From contig JACIYT010000001.1 of the NCBI GenBank assembly GCA_014359765.1, positions 263,569 through 327,568 on the forward strand: DNA of 64,000 nt, in the 5' to 3' direction. Source of the stretch: Roseovarius sp. (GTDB lineage Bacteria > Pseudomonadota > Alphaproteobacteria > Rhodobacterales > Rhodobacteraceae). Positions 9,592 to 21,021 of this stretch are shown piece by piece. The notes beneath the pieces were generated by a model. It worked only from the letters and a program-made list of their open reading frames with translations. It was not told the DNA's origin and did no database searches. The position numbers were made by a program, and so were the translations under genes. Position 1 is the first letter of the stretch. Every line of letters starts with the position of its first letter.

Positions 9592-10689
9592 GTGGCCGGC
9601 GAGGCCGATCGCCGCTTCATGGCGCTGGCTCTTGCGCTGGGCCGGCGTGGCATGGGGCAATGCGCGCCCAACCCGGCGGTGGGCTGCGTGATCGTCGCCG
9701 GGGGCCGGATCGTGGGGCGGGGCCATACCGCGCCGGGTGGCCGCCCCCATGCGGAGACGCAGGCGCTGGCGCAGGCGGGCGATCTGGCGCGCGGCGCCAC
9801 CGCCTATGTCTCGCTCGAGCCTTGCGCGCACCATGGTGAGACGCCGCCCTGCGCCGAGGCGCTGATCGCGGCGGGGGTGGCGCGGGTGGTGGCGCCTTTC
9901 GAGGATACCGACCCGCGCGTTTCGGGGCGGGGGCTGGCGATGCTGCGCGCGGCGGGGATCGCGGTGCAGACGGGCGTTCTGGCCGAGGAGGCCGCGCGCG
10001 ACCATGCCGGTTTTCTCATCCGCAACGAGGTGGGCCGCCCCTTTGTCACGCTCAAGCTCGCGGCCAGCTTCGACGGTCGCATCGCGACCGCCTCGGGCCA
10101 TAGCCAATGGATCACCGGGGCGCAGGCGCGGCGCGCGGTCCATGCCATGCGCGCGCGCCACGATGCGGTGATGGTCGGGGCGGGCACGGCGCGGGCCGAT
10201 GATCCGATGCTGACGGTGCGCGGCCTGGGCGTGACGCGCCAGCCGGTGCGCGTGGTGGTCTCGCGCCGCCTCGACCTGCCGCTCATGTCGCAGCTGGCGC
10301 GCAGCGCGCGCGAGGTGCCGCTCTGGCTCTGTCACGGGGCGGAGGTCGATGACGCCATCGCGGCGGCCTGGCGCGGGGTGGGGGCGCGGCTCCTGCCCTG
10401 CGATGTGGTGGCGGGGCAGGTCGATCCGGCCTCGCTCTTGCAGGCGCTGGGCGCGGCGGGGCTTTGCCGGGTGTTCTGCGAGGGCGGCGGGGCGCTGGCC
10501 GCCTCGCTGCTGGGGGCGGGGCTGGTGGATGAGCTGGTGGGCTTCACCGCCGGGCTCGCCATCGGGGCCGAGGGGCTGCCGGGGATCGGTGCGCTGGGTC
10601 TTGCGCGGCTTGACGAGGCGCCGCGCTTCGCGTTGATCGAGACGCGCGCCATCGGCGGCGATGTGCTGCACCGCTGGGCGCGCGCATAG
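9592..10689 (+). CDS. ribD: Riboflavin biosynthesis deaminase/reductase RibD
   Basis: PNPAVGC, HAE, SLEPCAHHGETPPC, LKLAASFDG; GTG start. Confidence 0.96.
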   Translation: MAGEADRRFMALALALGRRGMGQCAPNPAVGCVIVAGGRIVGRGHTAPGGRPHAETQALAQAGDLARGATAYVSLEPCAHHGETPPCAEALIAAGVARVVAPFEDTDPRVSGRGLAMLRAAGIAVQTGVLAEEAARDHAGFLIRNEVGRPFVTLKLAASFDGRIATASGHSQWITGAQARRAVHAMRARHDAVMVGAGTARADDPMLTVRGLGVTRQPVRVVVSRRLDLPLMSQLARSAREVPLWLCHGAEVDDAIAAAWRGVGARLLPCDVVAGQVDPASLLQALGAAGLCRVFCEGGGALAASLLGAGLVDELVGFTAGLAIGAEGLPGIGALGLARLDEAPRFALIETRAIGGDVLHRWARA

Positions 10690-10704
10690 GCGCGTCACCG
10701 GGCC

Positions 10705-10733
10705 TTGCCCTTGCCGCGCGCGGCGCCTAACAA
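10705..10733 (+). promoter_or_regulatory. Sigma70-like promoter of the YmdB-family gene (probably leaderless)
   Basis: TTGCCC-17nt-TAACAA-7nt-ATG(10741); no SD. Confidence 0.55.
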
Positions 10734-10740
10734 GGCGGCC

Positions 10741-11559
10741 ATGAAACTGCTTTTTCTCGGGGATGTGATGGGGCGCGCGGGGCGTGCGGCGGTAGCCGAG
10801 CGGCTGCCAGGGTTGCGCGTCGCGTGGAAGCTCGATTTCGTCGTGGTCAATGGCGAGAATGCCTCGGGGGGCATGGGCCTGACGGCGGCGCACGCGAAGG
10901 GGCTGTTCGAGGCGGGGGCCGATGTGGTCACGCTGGGCGATCATGCCTTCGACCAGAAGGACATGCTCCAGGAGGCCGAGCGCGAGCCGCGCATCATCCG
11001 CCCGCTCAACTATGCCAAGGCAGCGCCGGGGCGCGGCGCAAGGGTGTTTACCGACGGGCGCGGGCGGCGGGTGCTGGTGGCGCAGGTGCTGGGCAATGTC
11101 TTCATGCGTCGCGCCTATGACGACCCGTTCTCGGCGGTGGATGCGGTGCTGCGCACCCACCCCTTGGGCGGCGCGGTGCAGGCGGCGGTGGTCGATGTCC
11201 ATTGCGAGGCCACCAGCGAAAAGATGGCCATGGGCCATTTCTGCGATGGCCGCGCGAGCCTCGTGGTGGGCACGCATACCCATATTCCCACGGCGGATGC
11301 GCAGATCCTGCCCGGCGGCACGGCGTTTCAGGGCGATGCGGGCATGTGCGGCGATTACAATTCGGTGATCGGCATGGACCGCGCCGAGCCGATGCGCCGC
11401 TTTGTCACCGGCATGACCAGGGAGCGGTTCACCCCCGCCATGGGGGCGGTGACGCTCTCGGGAGTCTATGTCGAGACCGACGACGCCACCGGTCGCGCCA
11501 CGCGCATCGAGATGGTGCGCCAGGGCGGGCGGCTGGTGCCGGCAGGCCCCGGAGAGTGA
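10741..11559 (+). CDS. YmdB/TIGR00282-family metallophosphoesterase
   Basis: [33 protein letters not shown]. Confidence 0.92.
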   Translation: MKLLFLGDVMGRAGRAAVAERLPGLRVAWKLDFVVVNGENASGGMGLTAAHAKGLFEAGADVVTLGDHAFDQKDMLQEAEREPRIIRPLNYAKAAPGRGARVFTDGRGRRVLVAQVLGNVFMRRAYDDPFSAVDAVLRTHPLGGAVQAAVVDVHCEATSEKMAMGHFCDGRASLVVGTHTHIPTADAQILPGGTAFQGDAGMCGDYNSVIGMDRAEPMRRFVTGMTRERFTPAMGAVTLSGVYVETDDATGRATRIEMVRQGGRLVPAGPGE

Positions 11560-11641
11560 ACCCGGCGACCGAGCCCGTTGCCCCCCGCGCGACAAGCGGA
11601 TAAAAGGCGCGAAATCTCAACGCATCCGACAAGAGGTCCTC

Positions 11642-12382
11642 ATGGCCGGCCATTCCAAATGGGCGAATATCCAGCATCGCAAGGGGCGGCAGGACGCCGT
11701 CCGCGCCAAGCTTTTCTCCAAGTTTTCCAAGGAGATCACCGTCGCCGCCAAGATGGGCGACCCGGACCCCGACAAGAACCCGCGCCTGCGCCTTGCTATC
11801 AAGGAGGCCAAGGCGCAATCCATGCCCAAGGACAATATCGAGCGCGCCATCAAGAAGGCGATGGGCGGCGATGCCGAGGATTACGAGGAAATCCGCTATG
11901 AGGGCTACGGCCCCGGCGGGGTCGCGGTGATCGTCGAGGCGATGACCGACAACCGCAATCGCACCGCCTCGAACGTGCGCTCGATCTTTGCCAAGAACGG
12001 CGGCAACCTGGGCGAGACGGGCTCGGTCGCCTTCATGTTCGAGCGCAAGGGCGAGATCACCTATCCGGCGGATGCGGGCGATGCCGACACGGTGATGATG
12101 GCCGCGATCGAGGCCGGCGCCGAGGATGTCGAGAGCAGCGAGGACGGCCATGTGATCTGGTGCGCCGATACCGACCTTTCCGAGGTTGCCTCGGCGCTCG
12201 AGGCGCAACTGGGCGAGAGCGAGTCGACCAGGCTCGTCTGGAAGCCCGTGACCACCGCCGAAATGGATCTCGAGGGGATGCAGAAGCTCATGAAGCTCAT
12301 CGAGGCGCTGGAGGATGACGACGACGTGCAGCGCGTCACCACCAATTTCGAGGCCAGCGACGAGACCATGGCACAGCTCTGA
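11642..12382 (+). CDS. yebC: YebC/PmpR-family protein
   Basis: [15 protein letters not shown]; YEGYGPGG; TDNRNRT. Confidence 0.95.
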   Translation: MAGHSKWANIQHRKGRQDAVRAKLFSKFSKEITVAAKMGDPDPDKNPRLRLAIKEAKAQSMPKDNIERAIKKAMGGDAEDYEEIRYEGYGPGGVAVIVEAMTDNRNRTASNVRSIFAKNGGNLGETGSVAFMFERKGEITYPADAGDADTVMMAAIEAGAEDVESSEDGHVIWCADTDLSEVASALEAQLGESESTRLVWKPVTTAEMDLEGMQKLMKLIEALEDDDDVQRVTTNFEASDETMAQL

Positions 12383-12417
12383 GCCGCGGGCGCCGCGCAC
12401 GCGACATGGTTTGTGCT

Positions 12418-12446
12418 TTGACGGTTGCGCGCCCGGTCCCTATATC
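12418..12446 (+). promoter_or_regulatory. Sigma70-like promoter of the PBP1A gene
   Basis: TTGACG-17nt-TATATC; GAGGAG SD before GTG 12474. Confidence 0.6.
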
Positions 12447-12473
12447 GGGCGCAGCGTCGATGAGGAGAGTGCC

Positions 12474-14981
12474 GTGTTGCGCGCCATCATGAGCCTTCTG
12501 GGCACCGTCTTCAGCCTGATCACCCTCGTGGTGGTGATCGCAGGGCTGTCGGTCGGCGCGGTGCTGCATATCTACGGCAAGGATCTGCCGAGCCACGAGA
12601 GCCTCGCCAGTTACGCCCCGCCCACGATCAGCCGGATCTATTCCGCCGAAGGCCGCATCATCGACGAGTTCGCCCGCGAGCGCCGTCTCTTCACGCCCGC
12701 CGAGGAGATCCCCGATCTGGTGAAACAGGCCTTCATCAGCGCCGAGGACAAGAATTTCTATACCCATCACGGCTATGACGCCATGGGCATCGCCTCGGCG
12801 ATCTATGACGCGGTGAAGTCACGCGGGCGAAACGTGCGCGGCGCCTCGACCATCACGCAGCAGGTGATGAAGAATTTCCTGCTCTCGGGCGACCGGCAGA
12901 TGGAGCGCAAGATCAAGGAGATCATCCTCGCCACCCGGATCGAGGAGACGTTGAGCAAGGAAAAGATCCTCGAGCTCTATCTCAACGAGATCTTCCTCGG
13001 GCAGAACAGCTATGGCGTGACCGCCGCCGCGCAGACCTATTTCAACAAGCCCCTGCGCGCGCTGGCGCCCCACGAGGCCGCCATGCTGGCCGCGATGCCC
13101 AAGGCGCCGAGCGATTATCACCCCGTGCGCGAGAAGGAGCGGCTGCTCGACCGGCGCAATTTCGTGCTGCGGGAGATGTGGGAGAACGGCTATCTCGACG
13201 AGGCCACATATCGCGCCGAACGCGCGATGCCGCTTCGCAGCGTGCAGAACGGCGATTTCGCCCCGTTCAGCGCCGAATTGCCGCCGCGCGACTATTTCAC
13301 CGACGAGATCCGCCGCCAGCTGAGCGAGGTCTATGGCGAGGGAGAGTTCTTTACCGGCGGGCTGAGCGTGCGCGCCACGATCGACCCCGAGATGCAGGTT
13401 CATGCCGCGCGCGCGCTGCGCCGTCAGCTGGAGGCCTATGATCGCGGGCAGGGGCGCTGGCGCGGCACCGGGCAGAGCCTGCCCGAGGAGGTGCTGGGCA
13501 CCGAGGCCGGGTGGCGCGCCGCACTCGCCGCGCTGAGCGTGCCGCGCGATATCGATCTCGATGGCAAATGGCTCCCGGCGGTGGTGCTGGAGACCGGCGA
13601 TCAGGCGATGCGCATCGGCATCGAGGGTGTGGACGGCGTGCAGGAGGTGCCGCGCAGCGATATCAAGTGGCTGCCCGGCGATTTCCGCGCCACATTCCGG
13701 CGCGGCGAGGTGGTCCATGTGCGCGCCGTCACCGCCGAGGACGGCACATTCGCCAACTGGAGCCTGCGCCAGGTGCCCGAGGTGCAGGGCGCCTTCATGG
13801 CGATGGATGTCAATACCGGCCGCGTGATCGCCATGCAGGGCGGGTTCTCCTACCAGCATTCGGTGTTCAACCGTGCCACCCAGGCGATGCGCCAGCCGGG
13901 ATCGAGCTTCAAGCCCTTCGTCTATGCCGCCGCGCTCGACAGCGGCTACAGCCCTGCCACCATCGTCGTCGATGCGCCCATCGAGATCAACACGCCGCAG
14001 GGTCTGTGGCGGCCGCGCAATTCGTCCAACAAGTTCTACGGCCCCACGCCGCTGCGGACGGGCATCGAGCAATCGCGCAACCTGATGACCATCCGCCTCG
14101 CGCAGGAGGTGGGGATGGATGTGGTCGCGCGCTATGCCGAGCGGTTCGGCGTCTATCAGAACATGGGCCAGTATCTCGCCAATTCGCTGGGGTCGGAGGA
14201 GACGACGCTCTTCAACATGGTGGCGGCCTATGCGATGTTCGCCAATGGCGGCGAGCGGGTGCGCCCGAGCCTCGTGGACCGGGTGCAGGACCGCTACGGG
14301 CGCACCGTCTATCGGCAGGATACGCGCAACTGCGTCGATTGCGGCGATCCGGGGCTGCCGCGCGACCGTGGCCCGCGCATCGTGTCGGACCGCGAGCGGG
14401 TGATGGATGCGATCACCGCCTATCAGCTCACCTCGATGATGCAGGGGGTTGTCGAACGCGGCACCGCGCGCAGCGCCATCAACCTGCCGGTGCCGGTGGC
14501 GGGCAAGACCGGCACCACCAACGATGCGCGCGACGTGTGGTTCGTGGGCTTTACCAGCAATATCGCCGCGGGCTGCTATATCGGCCATGACCAGCCGCGC
14601 GGGCTGGGGCGGTCGGCCTATGGCTCGTCGCTCTGCGCGCCGGTGTTCCAGGAATTCATGCAGGAGGCCGTGAAGAAATTCGGCGGCGGCCCCTTCGAGA
14701 TCCCCCCGGGCGGGCATTTCATCAAGATCGACCGTTTCACCGGTGCGCGTCTGCCCGATGACGCGGAGGGAGAGCACGTCGTGGCCGAGTATTTCCGCGA
14801 TGGCGAGGAGCCGTTCTTTGGCGTGACCTATGACGGCGGCTTTGCCATGGGGCGCGATCTCGATCTTTTCGCCCCCGGCGAGAGCGAGCATCTGCGCGAG
14901 GTCACCACCTCGACCGGCGCGACGACGACGGTCGGGGGCAGGGCGACCTTTGGCTCGATGAGTTCGGGCGGGCTCTATTGA
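12474..14981 (+). CDS. mrcA: Penicillin-binding protein 1A (class A PBP)
   Basis: TG motifs EDKNF and GASTITQQ; TP motifs SSFK, SRN and KTG; N-terminal TM anchor. Confidence 0.93.
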   Translation: MLRAIMSLLGTVFSLITLVVVIAGLSVGAVLHIYGKDLPSHESLASYAPPTISRIYSAEGRIIDEFARERRLFTPAEEIPDLVKQAFISAEDKNFYTHHGYDAMGIASAIYDAVKSRGRNVRGASTITQQVMKNFLLSGDRQMERKIKEIILATRIEETLSKEKILELYLNEIFLGQNSYGVTAAAQTYFNKPLRALAPHEAAMLAAMPKAPSDYHPVREKERLLDRRNFVLREMWENGYLDEATYRAERAMPLRSVQNGDFAPFSAELPPRDYFTDEIRRQLSEVYGEGEFFTGGLSVRATIDPEMQVHAARALRRQLEAYDRGQGRWRGTGQSLPEEVLGTEAGWRAALAALSVPRDIDLDGKWLPAVVLETGDQAMRIGIEGVDGVQEVPRSDIKWLPGDFRATFRRGEVVHVRAVTAEDGTFANWSLRQVPEVQGAFMAMDVNTGRVIAMQGGFSYQHSVFNRATQAMRQPGSSFKPFVYAAALDSGYSPATIVVDAPIEINTPQGLWRPRNSSNKFYGPTPLRTGIEQSRNLMTIRLAQEVGMDVVARYAERFGVYQNMGQYLANSLGSEETTLFNMVAAYAMFANGGERVRPSLVDRVQDRYGRTVYRQDTRNCVDCGDPGLPRDRGPRIVSDRERVMDAITAYQLTSMMQGVVERGTARSAINLPVPVAGKTGTTNDARDVWFVGFTSNIAAGCYIGHDQPRGLGRSAYGSSLCAPVFQEFMQEAVKKFGGGPFEIPPGGHFIKIDRFTGARLPDDAEGEHVVAEYFRDGEEPFFGVTYDGGFAMGRDLDLFAPGESEHLREVTTSTGATTTVGGRATFGSMSSGGLY

Positions 14982-15050
14982 GGGCTCCCTTGTCGGGCCG
15001 GGCGTGCTGCGCTATCAGGCGCATCTGAGCAGCCGAGGACACAGAAGACG

Positions 15051-16178
15051 ATGCGCGCCGAAACCCAGACCCTCGTTTCCGAGATCGAAAAATCGCTGGA
15101 ATTGCTGCGCCAGCGTCTCGGATGGGAGACCGCCCGCCACCGGCTCGAGGAATTCAATGCGCGGGTCGAGGATCCGACGCTCTGGGATGATCCCGCGCGC
15201 GCGCAGACGCTCATGCGCGAGCGGCAGGCGCTGCTGGACGCGCTCGAAACCCACGATTCGATCCGCCAGCAGCTCGATGATAATCTCGGGCTGATCGAGC
15301 TGGGCGAGGCCGAGGGCGATGCCGAGGTCGTGGCCGAGGCCGAGGACGCGATCCGTGCGCTGGCCAAGGTCGCCGCCGCGCGCGAGCTCGAGGCGCTGCT
15401 CGACGGCGAGGCCGATGCCAACGACACCTTCCTCGAGATCAACGCCGGCGCAGGCGGCACCGAGAGCTGCGACTGGGCGGCGATGCTGGCGCGGATGTAT
15501 GTTCGCTGGGCCGAGAAACGCGGCTACACGGTGGAATTGCAGTCCGAAACGCCCGGCGATGAGGCCGGGATCAAATCCGCCGCCTACAAGATTTCCGGCC
15601 ACAACGCCTATGGCTGGCTCAAGTCCGAATCGGGCGTGCACCGCCTCGTGCGGATCTCGCCCTTCGATTCGGCGGCCAAGCGGCACACGTCCTTCTGCTC
15701 GGTCTGGGTCTATCCGGTGGTGGACGACAATATCGAGATCGAGGTAAACCCCTCGGATATCCGCATCGACACGTTCCGTTCCTCCGGCGCGGGCGGCCAG
15801 CATGTCAACACCACCGATTCGGCGGTGCGCATCACCCATATCCCCACCGGCATCGTCACCACCTCGAGCCAGAAATCCCAGCACCAGAACCGCGATATCG
15901 CCATGAAGGCGCTCAAATCGCGGCTCTACGAGCTGGAATTGCGCAAGCGCACCGAGGCGATCGAGGCTGCCCACGAGGCCAAGGGCGATGCCGGCTGGGG
16001 CAACCAGATCCGGTCCTACGTCCTGCACCCCTACCAGATGGTGAAGGACCTGCGCACCGGGGTCGAGACCTCGGACACCAGGGGCGTTCTCGATGGCGAT
16101 CTCGATCAGTTCATGGCCGCGACGCTGGCGCAGAAGGTCTCGGGCAAGAGCCGCGCCGAGGCCCGCGCCGAGGACTGA
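15051..16178 (+). CDS. prfB: Peptide chain release factor 2 (no programmed frameshift)
   Basis: SPF anticodon motif and GGQ motif; continuous frame. Confidence 0.97.
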   Translation: MRAETQTLVSEIEKSLELLRQRLGWETARHRLEEFNARVEDPTLWDDPARAQTLMRERQALLDALETHDSIRQQLDDNLGLIELGEAEGDAEVVAEAEDAIRALAKVAAARELEALLDGEADANDTFLEINAGAGGTESCDWAAMLARMYVRWAEKRGYTVELQSETPGDEAGIKSAAYKISGHNAYGWLKSESGVHRLVRISPFDSAAKRHTSFCSVWVYPVVDDNIEIEVNPSDIRIDTFRSSGAGGQHVNTTDSAVRITHIPTGIVTTSSQKSQHQNRDIAMKALKSRLYELELRKRTEAIEAAHEAKGDAGWGNQIRSYVLHPYQMVKDLRTGVETSDTRGVLDGDLDQFMAATLAQKVSGKSRAEARAED

Positions 16179-16295
16179 GCCGCACGATCTGCGCGCGGGG
16201 CGCGGCGGATTGGTCCTTTCATCAGGTGCCGCGAATGGCTAGATAAGGGCAATGGACGTTCCGGGGACATTGGCCCCGAGCCAGGGAGAGAAGAC

Positions 16296-16517
16296 ATGCT
16301 CAACAATATCGGCCTTCCCGGCCTCCTGCTTATCGCCGTGGTGGTGCTGGTGCTCTTCGGGCGCGGCAAGATCTCGGCGTTGATGGGCGAGGTCGGCAAG
16401 GGCATCACCTCGTTCAAGAAGGGCATCGCCGAGGGCAACAAGGAGCTCGAGGATGCCAGCGAGGGCGGCGAGACCGCGCATGACGTGACGCAGGCGCACG
16501 AAAAAGACAAGGCCTGA
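16296..16517 (+). CDS. tatA: Twin-arginine translocase TatA
   Basis: [25 protein letters not shown]. Confidence 0.95.
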   Translation: MLNNIGLPGLLLIAVVVLVLFGRGKISALMGEVGKGITSFKKGIAEGNKELEDASEGGETAHDVTQAHEKDKA

Positions 16518-16524
16518 GACCTGA

Positions 16525-16926
16525 ATGTTCGACCTTGGCTGGACCGAGCTCCTGGTCATCGGGATCGTGGCGCTGATCGTCGTCGGCCCCAGGGACCTGC
16601 CGGGCATGTTCCGCACCGTCGGCCGCTTTGTCGGCAAGGCGCGGGGCATGGCGCGCGAGTTCAGTCGCGCCATGAATGACGCCGCCGACCAGTCCGGCGT
16701 CAGCGATCTGCAAAAGACCCTCAAGGCCGCCTCCGACCCGATGAAGACCGCCATGAACGAGGTTCGCAAGACCACCGGGGACGTGGCGCGCGATCTCGAT
16801 CGCGCCGCAAGCCTGCCGCGCGATCCCGAGGGGCCGACAGCCACCACGGAGAGCGGCGCGCGCGCCGCACCGCCCGCGTCGGCGGAGGATCGCACGCCCG
16901 CGCCCGGGGCAGGGGACAAGCCATGA
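16525..16926 (+). CDS. tatB: Twin-arginine translocase TatB
   Basis: [26 protein letters not shown]. Confidence 0.95.
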   Translation: MFDLGWTELLVIGIVALIVVGPRDLPGMFRTVGRFVGKARGMAREFSRAMNDAADQSGVSDLQKTLKAASDPMKTAMNEVRKTTGDVARDLDRAASLPRDPEGPTATTESGARAAPPASAEDRTPAPGAGDKP

Positions 16927-17861
16927 GCACCCCCGACGACGAGATCGACGATTCCAGCGCGCCGCTGATCGAGCATCTGGCGGAATTGCGCACCCGGCTC
17001 ATCCGCTCGGTCATGGCCTTTGCCGTGGGCATCGTGCTGGCCTTCGTCGTGGCCGAACCGATCCTGCAATTCCTGCTCGGCCCGATCGAGGCCACCCTGC
17101 GCGAACTGGGCGATCCCTCGCCCACGATGCAATATACCAGCCCGCAGGAATATCTCTTTACCCTCTTTCGCATTTCGATGGTGTTCGGCTTTGCGCTCGC
17201 CTTTCCGGTGATCGGCTATCAGCTGTGGCGCTTCGTGGCGCCGGGGCTCTACCGGCAGGAGAAAAATGCCTTTCTGCCCTTCATGATCGCCTCGCCGGTG
17301 ATGTTCCTGCTGGGCGCTACATTCGCGCATTTCGTGGTCACGCCGCTGGCGATGGCGTTTTTCCTGGGCTTTGCCGATGTGCCCTCGATCATTGCCGATC
17401 TGATGGGCGGGCTTGTCGGGGCGGATGCCGTCCCGCCTGTTGCCGGCGCCCCCGGGATGCCGGGGACCAGCGAGGGCATTCGCATCACCTTTTTCGGAAA
17501 GGTCAACGAGAGCCTCGATATCACGCTGAAATTCATCATCGCCTTCGGCCTCTGCTTTCAGCTTCCCGTGTTGCTCACGCTCATGGGCAAGGCCGGGCTG
17601 GTGAGCGCCGGTGGTCTCAAATCGGTGCGCAAGTTCGCGGTGGTGGGCATCCTCGTGCTGGCCGCGCTGGTCACGCCGCCCGATGTGATCACCCAGATGA
17701 TCCTCTTCGTGGTGGTCTATGGCCTCTACGAGATGTCGATCCAGCTTGTCGCGCGGGTCGAGAAGCAGCGCGAGAAGGCATTGCGCGCGCAGGGGCTGTG
17801 GTTCGAGGAGGAGGCCGAGGAGGACGCGGCCGACCACGCCGACGAGGCCAGGAGGAGCTAG
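16923..17861 (+). CDS. tatC: Twin-arginine translocase TatC
   Basis: [13 protein letters not shown]; FVAPGLY; VTPPD. Confidence 0.96.
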   Translation: MSTPDDEIDDSSAPLIEHLAELRTRLIRSVMAFAVGIVLAFVVAEPILQFLLGPIEATLRELGDPSPTMQYTSPQEYLFTLFRISMVFGFALAFPVIGYQLWRFVAPGLYRQEKNAFLPFMIASPVMFLLGATFAHFVVTPLAMAFFLGFADVPSIIADLMGGLVGADAVPPVAGAPGMPGTSEGIRITFFGKVNESLDITLKFIIAFGLCFQLPVLLTLMGKAGLVSAGGLKSVRKFAVVGILVLAALVTPPDVITQMILFVVVYGLYEMSIQLVARVEKQREKALRAQGLWFEEEAEEDAADHADEARRS

Positions 17862-17864
17862 ACG

Positions 17865-18698
17865 ATGGACCCGCTTGACCGTATCGCCGCCGCGCTCGAG
17901 CGGATGAGCCCGGCGCCGCTCACCGCGCCCGATTTCGACGCGGCCGATGCCTTTGTCTGGCACGTCTCCCCCGACCGGCTCGTGCCGGTGCCGGACGTGT
18001 CCCGCGTCGATATGGGCCTGCTGCGCGGCATCGACCGGGCGCGCGACACGCTGCTGGCCAATACCCGCCAGTTCGCCCGCGGCCTGCCCGCCAACAACGC
18101 GCTCCTGTGGGGCGCGCGCGGCATGGGCAAGTCGAGCCTCGTCAAGGCGGTGCACGCCGCCGTTCTGGCCGAGGGCTGGCCGCTCAAGATCGTCGAGTTG
18201 CAGCGCGAGGACCTGCCCTCGGTGGGCCGTCTGCTCAACCTGCTGCGCGGGTCATCGGCGCGCTTCGTGCTGTTCTGCGACGACCTGTCGTTCAGCCATG
18301 ACGACCAGCATTACAAATCGCTCAAGGCGGTGCTCGATGGCGGCATCGAGGGGCGGCCCGCGAACGTGGTGTTCTACGCCACGTCCAACCGGCGTCACCT
18401 CATGCCGCGCGACATGATCGAGAACGAGCGCTCCTCGGCGATCAACCCCTCCGAGGCGGTGGAGGAAAAGGTCTCGCTCTCGGACCGGTTCGGGCTGTGG
18501 CTGGGCTTCCATCCCTGCGACCAGGAGGAATACCTGTCGATGATCCGGGGCTATTGCGCAGCCTATGGCGTGGCGATCGACGAGGCCACGCTGCGCGCCG
18601 AGGCGATCGAGTGGCAGGCCACGCGCGGCGCGCGCTCGGGCCGGGTGGCGTGGCAGTTCTTCACCGATCTGGCGGGGCGTCGCGGCGTTCGCGTCTGA
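17865..18698 (+). CDS. DUF815-family AAA+ ATPase
   Basis: Walker A GARGMGKS, Walker B LFCDD, YATSNRRHL, EEKVSLSDRFGLWL. Confidence 0.88.
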   Translation: MDPLDRIAAALERMSPAPLTAPDFDAADAFVWHVSPDRLVPVPDVSRVDMGLLRGIDRARDTLLANTRQFARGLPANNALLWGARGMGKSSLVKAVHAAVLAEGWPLKIVELQREDLPSVGRLLNLLRGSSARFVLFCDDLSFSHDDQHYKSLKAVLDGGIEGRPANVVFYATSNRRHLMPRDMIENERSSAINPSEAVEEKVSLSDRFGLWLGFHPCDQEEYLSMIRGYCAAYGVAIDEATLRAEAIEWQATRGARSGRVAWQFFTDLAGRRGVRV

Positions 18699-19731
18699 GC
18701 TTCGCCATCGCACCGATCACCAGCACGGTGAGCAGGATGCGATAGATGTGGTGCAGCGTGACAAAGGCCGGGTTGGCCGAGAGGCTCAGCGCCACCAGCG
18801 CCATTTCCGCCACCCCGCCCGGCGCGAGGCTGATCACCAGCACATCGACCGGCTCGCCGGTCATCCCGTGCAGCGCCACGGCCAGCCCGAGGCCAACCGC
18901 CATCATCCCCGTGGCCGAGACCAGCGCCAGCCCCGCCCCCTGCACGATCAGCGCCCGGCTCAGCCCGGTAAAGCGCATCCCGAGCGCGGTGCCGAGGACC
19001 ACCTGCGCAAGGTTCACCAGCCATTGCGGGATCTCGAAGCCGAGAAGCCCCGTGAGCGACAGCACCGCCGCCACCGCCAGCGGTCCTGTCAACTGTCCCG
19101 CCGGCAGCCGCAGCACATGCCCGATCCCCAGCCCCGCCAGCCCCGCCAGCGCGATCAGCGGCAGGTCCGACCAGGGCACGTCGGGCCGCGCGAGGCTCAC
19201 GCCTGCGGCGCTCCCCACCGGCGCCCCGAGCCACAGCGAGAGGCCGAAGGGCAGGAGCGTCACCACCGCGATGATGCGCAGGAATTGCTGCATGATCAGC
19301 CGCGTCAGATCCGCACCCGCCGCCGATCCCATCTCGATCGCCTCATAGAGGCCGCCGGGCGTGCTCGCATAGAAGGCGGTGGTGTGGTCATAGCCGCCCA
19401 GCCGGCGAAACACCGTGTAGCCGATGCCATGCGCCAGCCCGACAAAGACCGTCACCGCCCCCAATGTCAGCGCATAGTGATGCGCCTCGGAAAAGAGCGC
19501 CGGCGTCACCTGCGCCCCGATCATCAGCCCGATGATGGCAATGAACCCGAGCCGCACCGGCTCGGGAAAGCGATAGCCCTCGGGCAGCCGCCCGGGCAGC
19601 GCGGTGGCGATCAGCGCCGAGACGATGAGCGGCCCGAGAAGATAGGGCAGCGGCATGCCGATCGCCTGTGCCCCGGCCCCCGACAGGCCGGCGAGCGCCA
19701 GCAGACCCAGGGTGAGCGCGGCGTGTTTCAT
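18661..19731 (-). CDS. AbrB-family duplicated membrane protein (putative ammonia monooxygenase family)
   Basis: Two internal repeats with TPGG/APGG motifs; about 10 TM segments. 3' end overlaps the DUF815 gene by 38 bp. Confidence 0.85.
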   Translation of the reverse strand: MKHAALTLGLLALAGLSGAGAQAIGMPLPYLLGPLIVSALIATALPGRLPEGYRFPEPVRLGFIAIIGLMIGAQVTPALFSEAHHYALTLGAVTVFVGLAHGIGYTVFRRLGGYDHTTAFYASTPGGLYEAIEMGSAAGADLTRLIMQQFLRIIAVVTLLPFGLSLWLGAPVGSAAGVSLARPDVPWSDLPLIALAGLAGLGIGHVLRLPAGQLTGPLAVAAVLSLTGLLGFEIPQWLVNLAQVVLGTALGMRFTGLSRALIVQGAGLALVSATGMMAVGLGLAVALHGMTGEPVDVLVISLAPGGVAEMALVALSLSANPAFVTLHHIYRILLTVLVIGAMAKLRRERRDAPPDR

Positions 19732-19738
19732 GGCCCCG

Positions 19739-19766
19739 TTGATACATTGTCTGCGGCCATGGGCAA
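19739..19766 (-). promoter_or_regulatory. Sigma70-like promoter of the AbrB-family gene (probably leaderless)
   Basis: TTGCCC-16nt-TATCAA-7nt-ATG. Confidence 0.5.
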
Positions 19767-19836
19767 GGGATGTCGCGACATACCCGATCGTCTCGTCGCG
19801 CGCTGCGCCGGCGCGACCGACAGGGGGCGGCCCGCC

Positions 19837-21021
19837 TCAGAGCGGCAGGTATTCGACCGTCTCGCCCGCCTCGCGTGCCCCGTCGTGCGGCGGGCGCACC
19901 AGCAGCGCATCGGCCCGGGCGAGGATGCTCAGCAGCGCGCTGTCCTGACGTTCTTCGGGCAGGATCCCCTCCGCGGTCAGCCGCGCGCGCATGTAATGCT
20001 CGCGCGGGCCGTTGGCGGGCAGCGGCGCGGCGAGACGCGCCGTGCGGCGCGGCGAGCGCGCGGCCCCCAGCCCCAGCATCTTGCGCAGCATCGGGACAAG
20101 GAACACCTGCCCGCAGACCATGGCCGAGACCGGGTTGCCCGGCAGCCCCACCATCGCGGCAAGCCCCATGCGCCCGGCCATCAGCGGCTTGCCGGGGCGC
20201 ATGGCGACCTTGTGAAAGGCGCGCTCGAGGCCAAGCTCGGAGCCGAGCCGCGCCACGAGGTCGTGATCGCCCACCGAGGCGCCGCCGATGGTCACGATCA
20301 GGTCATTGCCCCCGGCCAGCCCCAGCACGGTTTCCAGCGCCGCGCGCGTGTCCCGCGCGATCGGCAGGATACGCACCATCGCGCCCTGGCTCTCCAGCAG
20401 CGCCTTCAGGCCGAAGGCGTTGGAGGCGATGATCTGGTCGGGGCCGGGGGCCTCGCCGGGCATCACCAGTTCGTCGCCGGTGGCGATGAGCGCCACCTCC
20501 GGGCGGCGATGCACCGGCACGCGCGCGACATTCATCGCCGCCAGCAGCGCCAGGTCGGCCGGGCGCAGGCGGCGCGGCGCGGCGATCGTGTCGCCCGCGT
20601 GGAAATCGCTGCCCCGGGGGCGGATATTGTCGCCGGCGCCGATATTCTCGCCGAGGATGATCGTGTCGCCCGCGCGGCGCACATCCTCCTGAATGATGAC
20701 GCGCGTGGCGCCCTCGGGCACCGGAGCGCCGGTGAAGATGCGCACCGCCTCTCCCGGGCCCACACGGCCTGCGAAACCATGCCCTGCCGCCACCTCGCCG
20801 ATGACCTGCAGGAGGGCACCGGGCGCAGGGCTCCCGGCCACCGCGTAGCCGTCCATCGCCGCGGCGGCAAAGGGCGGCTGATCGCGCCCTGCCGCCACCT
20901 CGCGCGCCAGCACCCGGCCCGCCGCGCAGGCCAGCGGCACCTCCTCCGCGTCGAGCGGTTCGACCAGCGCGAAGAGCGCGGCCAGGGCCTCTTCCACCGG
21001 GATCATGTCATCGGACATCAT
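19837..21021 (-). CDS. moeA: Molybdopterin molybdenumtransferase MoeA
   Basis: [29 protein letters not shown]; ATGA overlap with moaC. Confidence 0.95.
   Translation of the reverse strand: MMSDDMIPVEEALAALFALVEPLDAEEVPLACAAGRVLAREVAAGRDQPPFAAAAMDGYAVAGSPAPGALLQVIGEVAAGHGFAGRVGPGEAVRIFTGAPVPEGATRVIIQEDVRRAGDTIILGENIGAGDNIRPRGSDFHAGDTIAAPRRLRPADLALLAAMNVARVPVHRRPEVALIATGDELVMPGEAPGPDQIIASNAFGLKALLESQGAMVRILPIARDTRAALETVLGLAGGNDLIVTIGGASVGDHDLVARLGSELGLERAFHKVAMRPGKPLMAGRMGLAAMVGLPGNPVSAMVCGQVFLVPMLRKMLGLGAARSPRRTARLAAPLPANGPREHYMRARLTAEGILPEERQDSALLSILARADALLVRPPHDGAREAGETVEYLPL

Noticed and set aside
18661-18698. 38-bp convergent overlap of the DUF815 and AbrB-family genes
   Set aside because: Short tail-to-tail overlaps are common in high-GC genomes.
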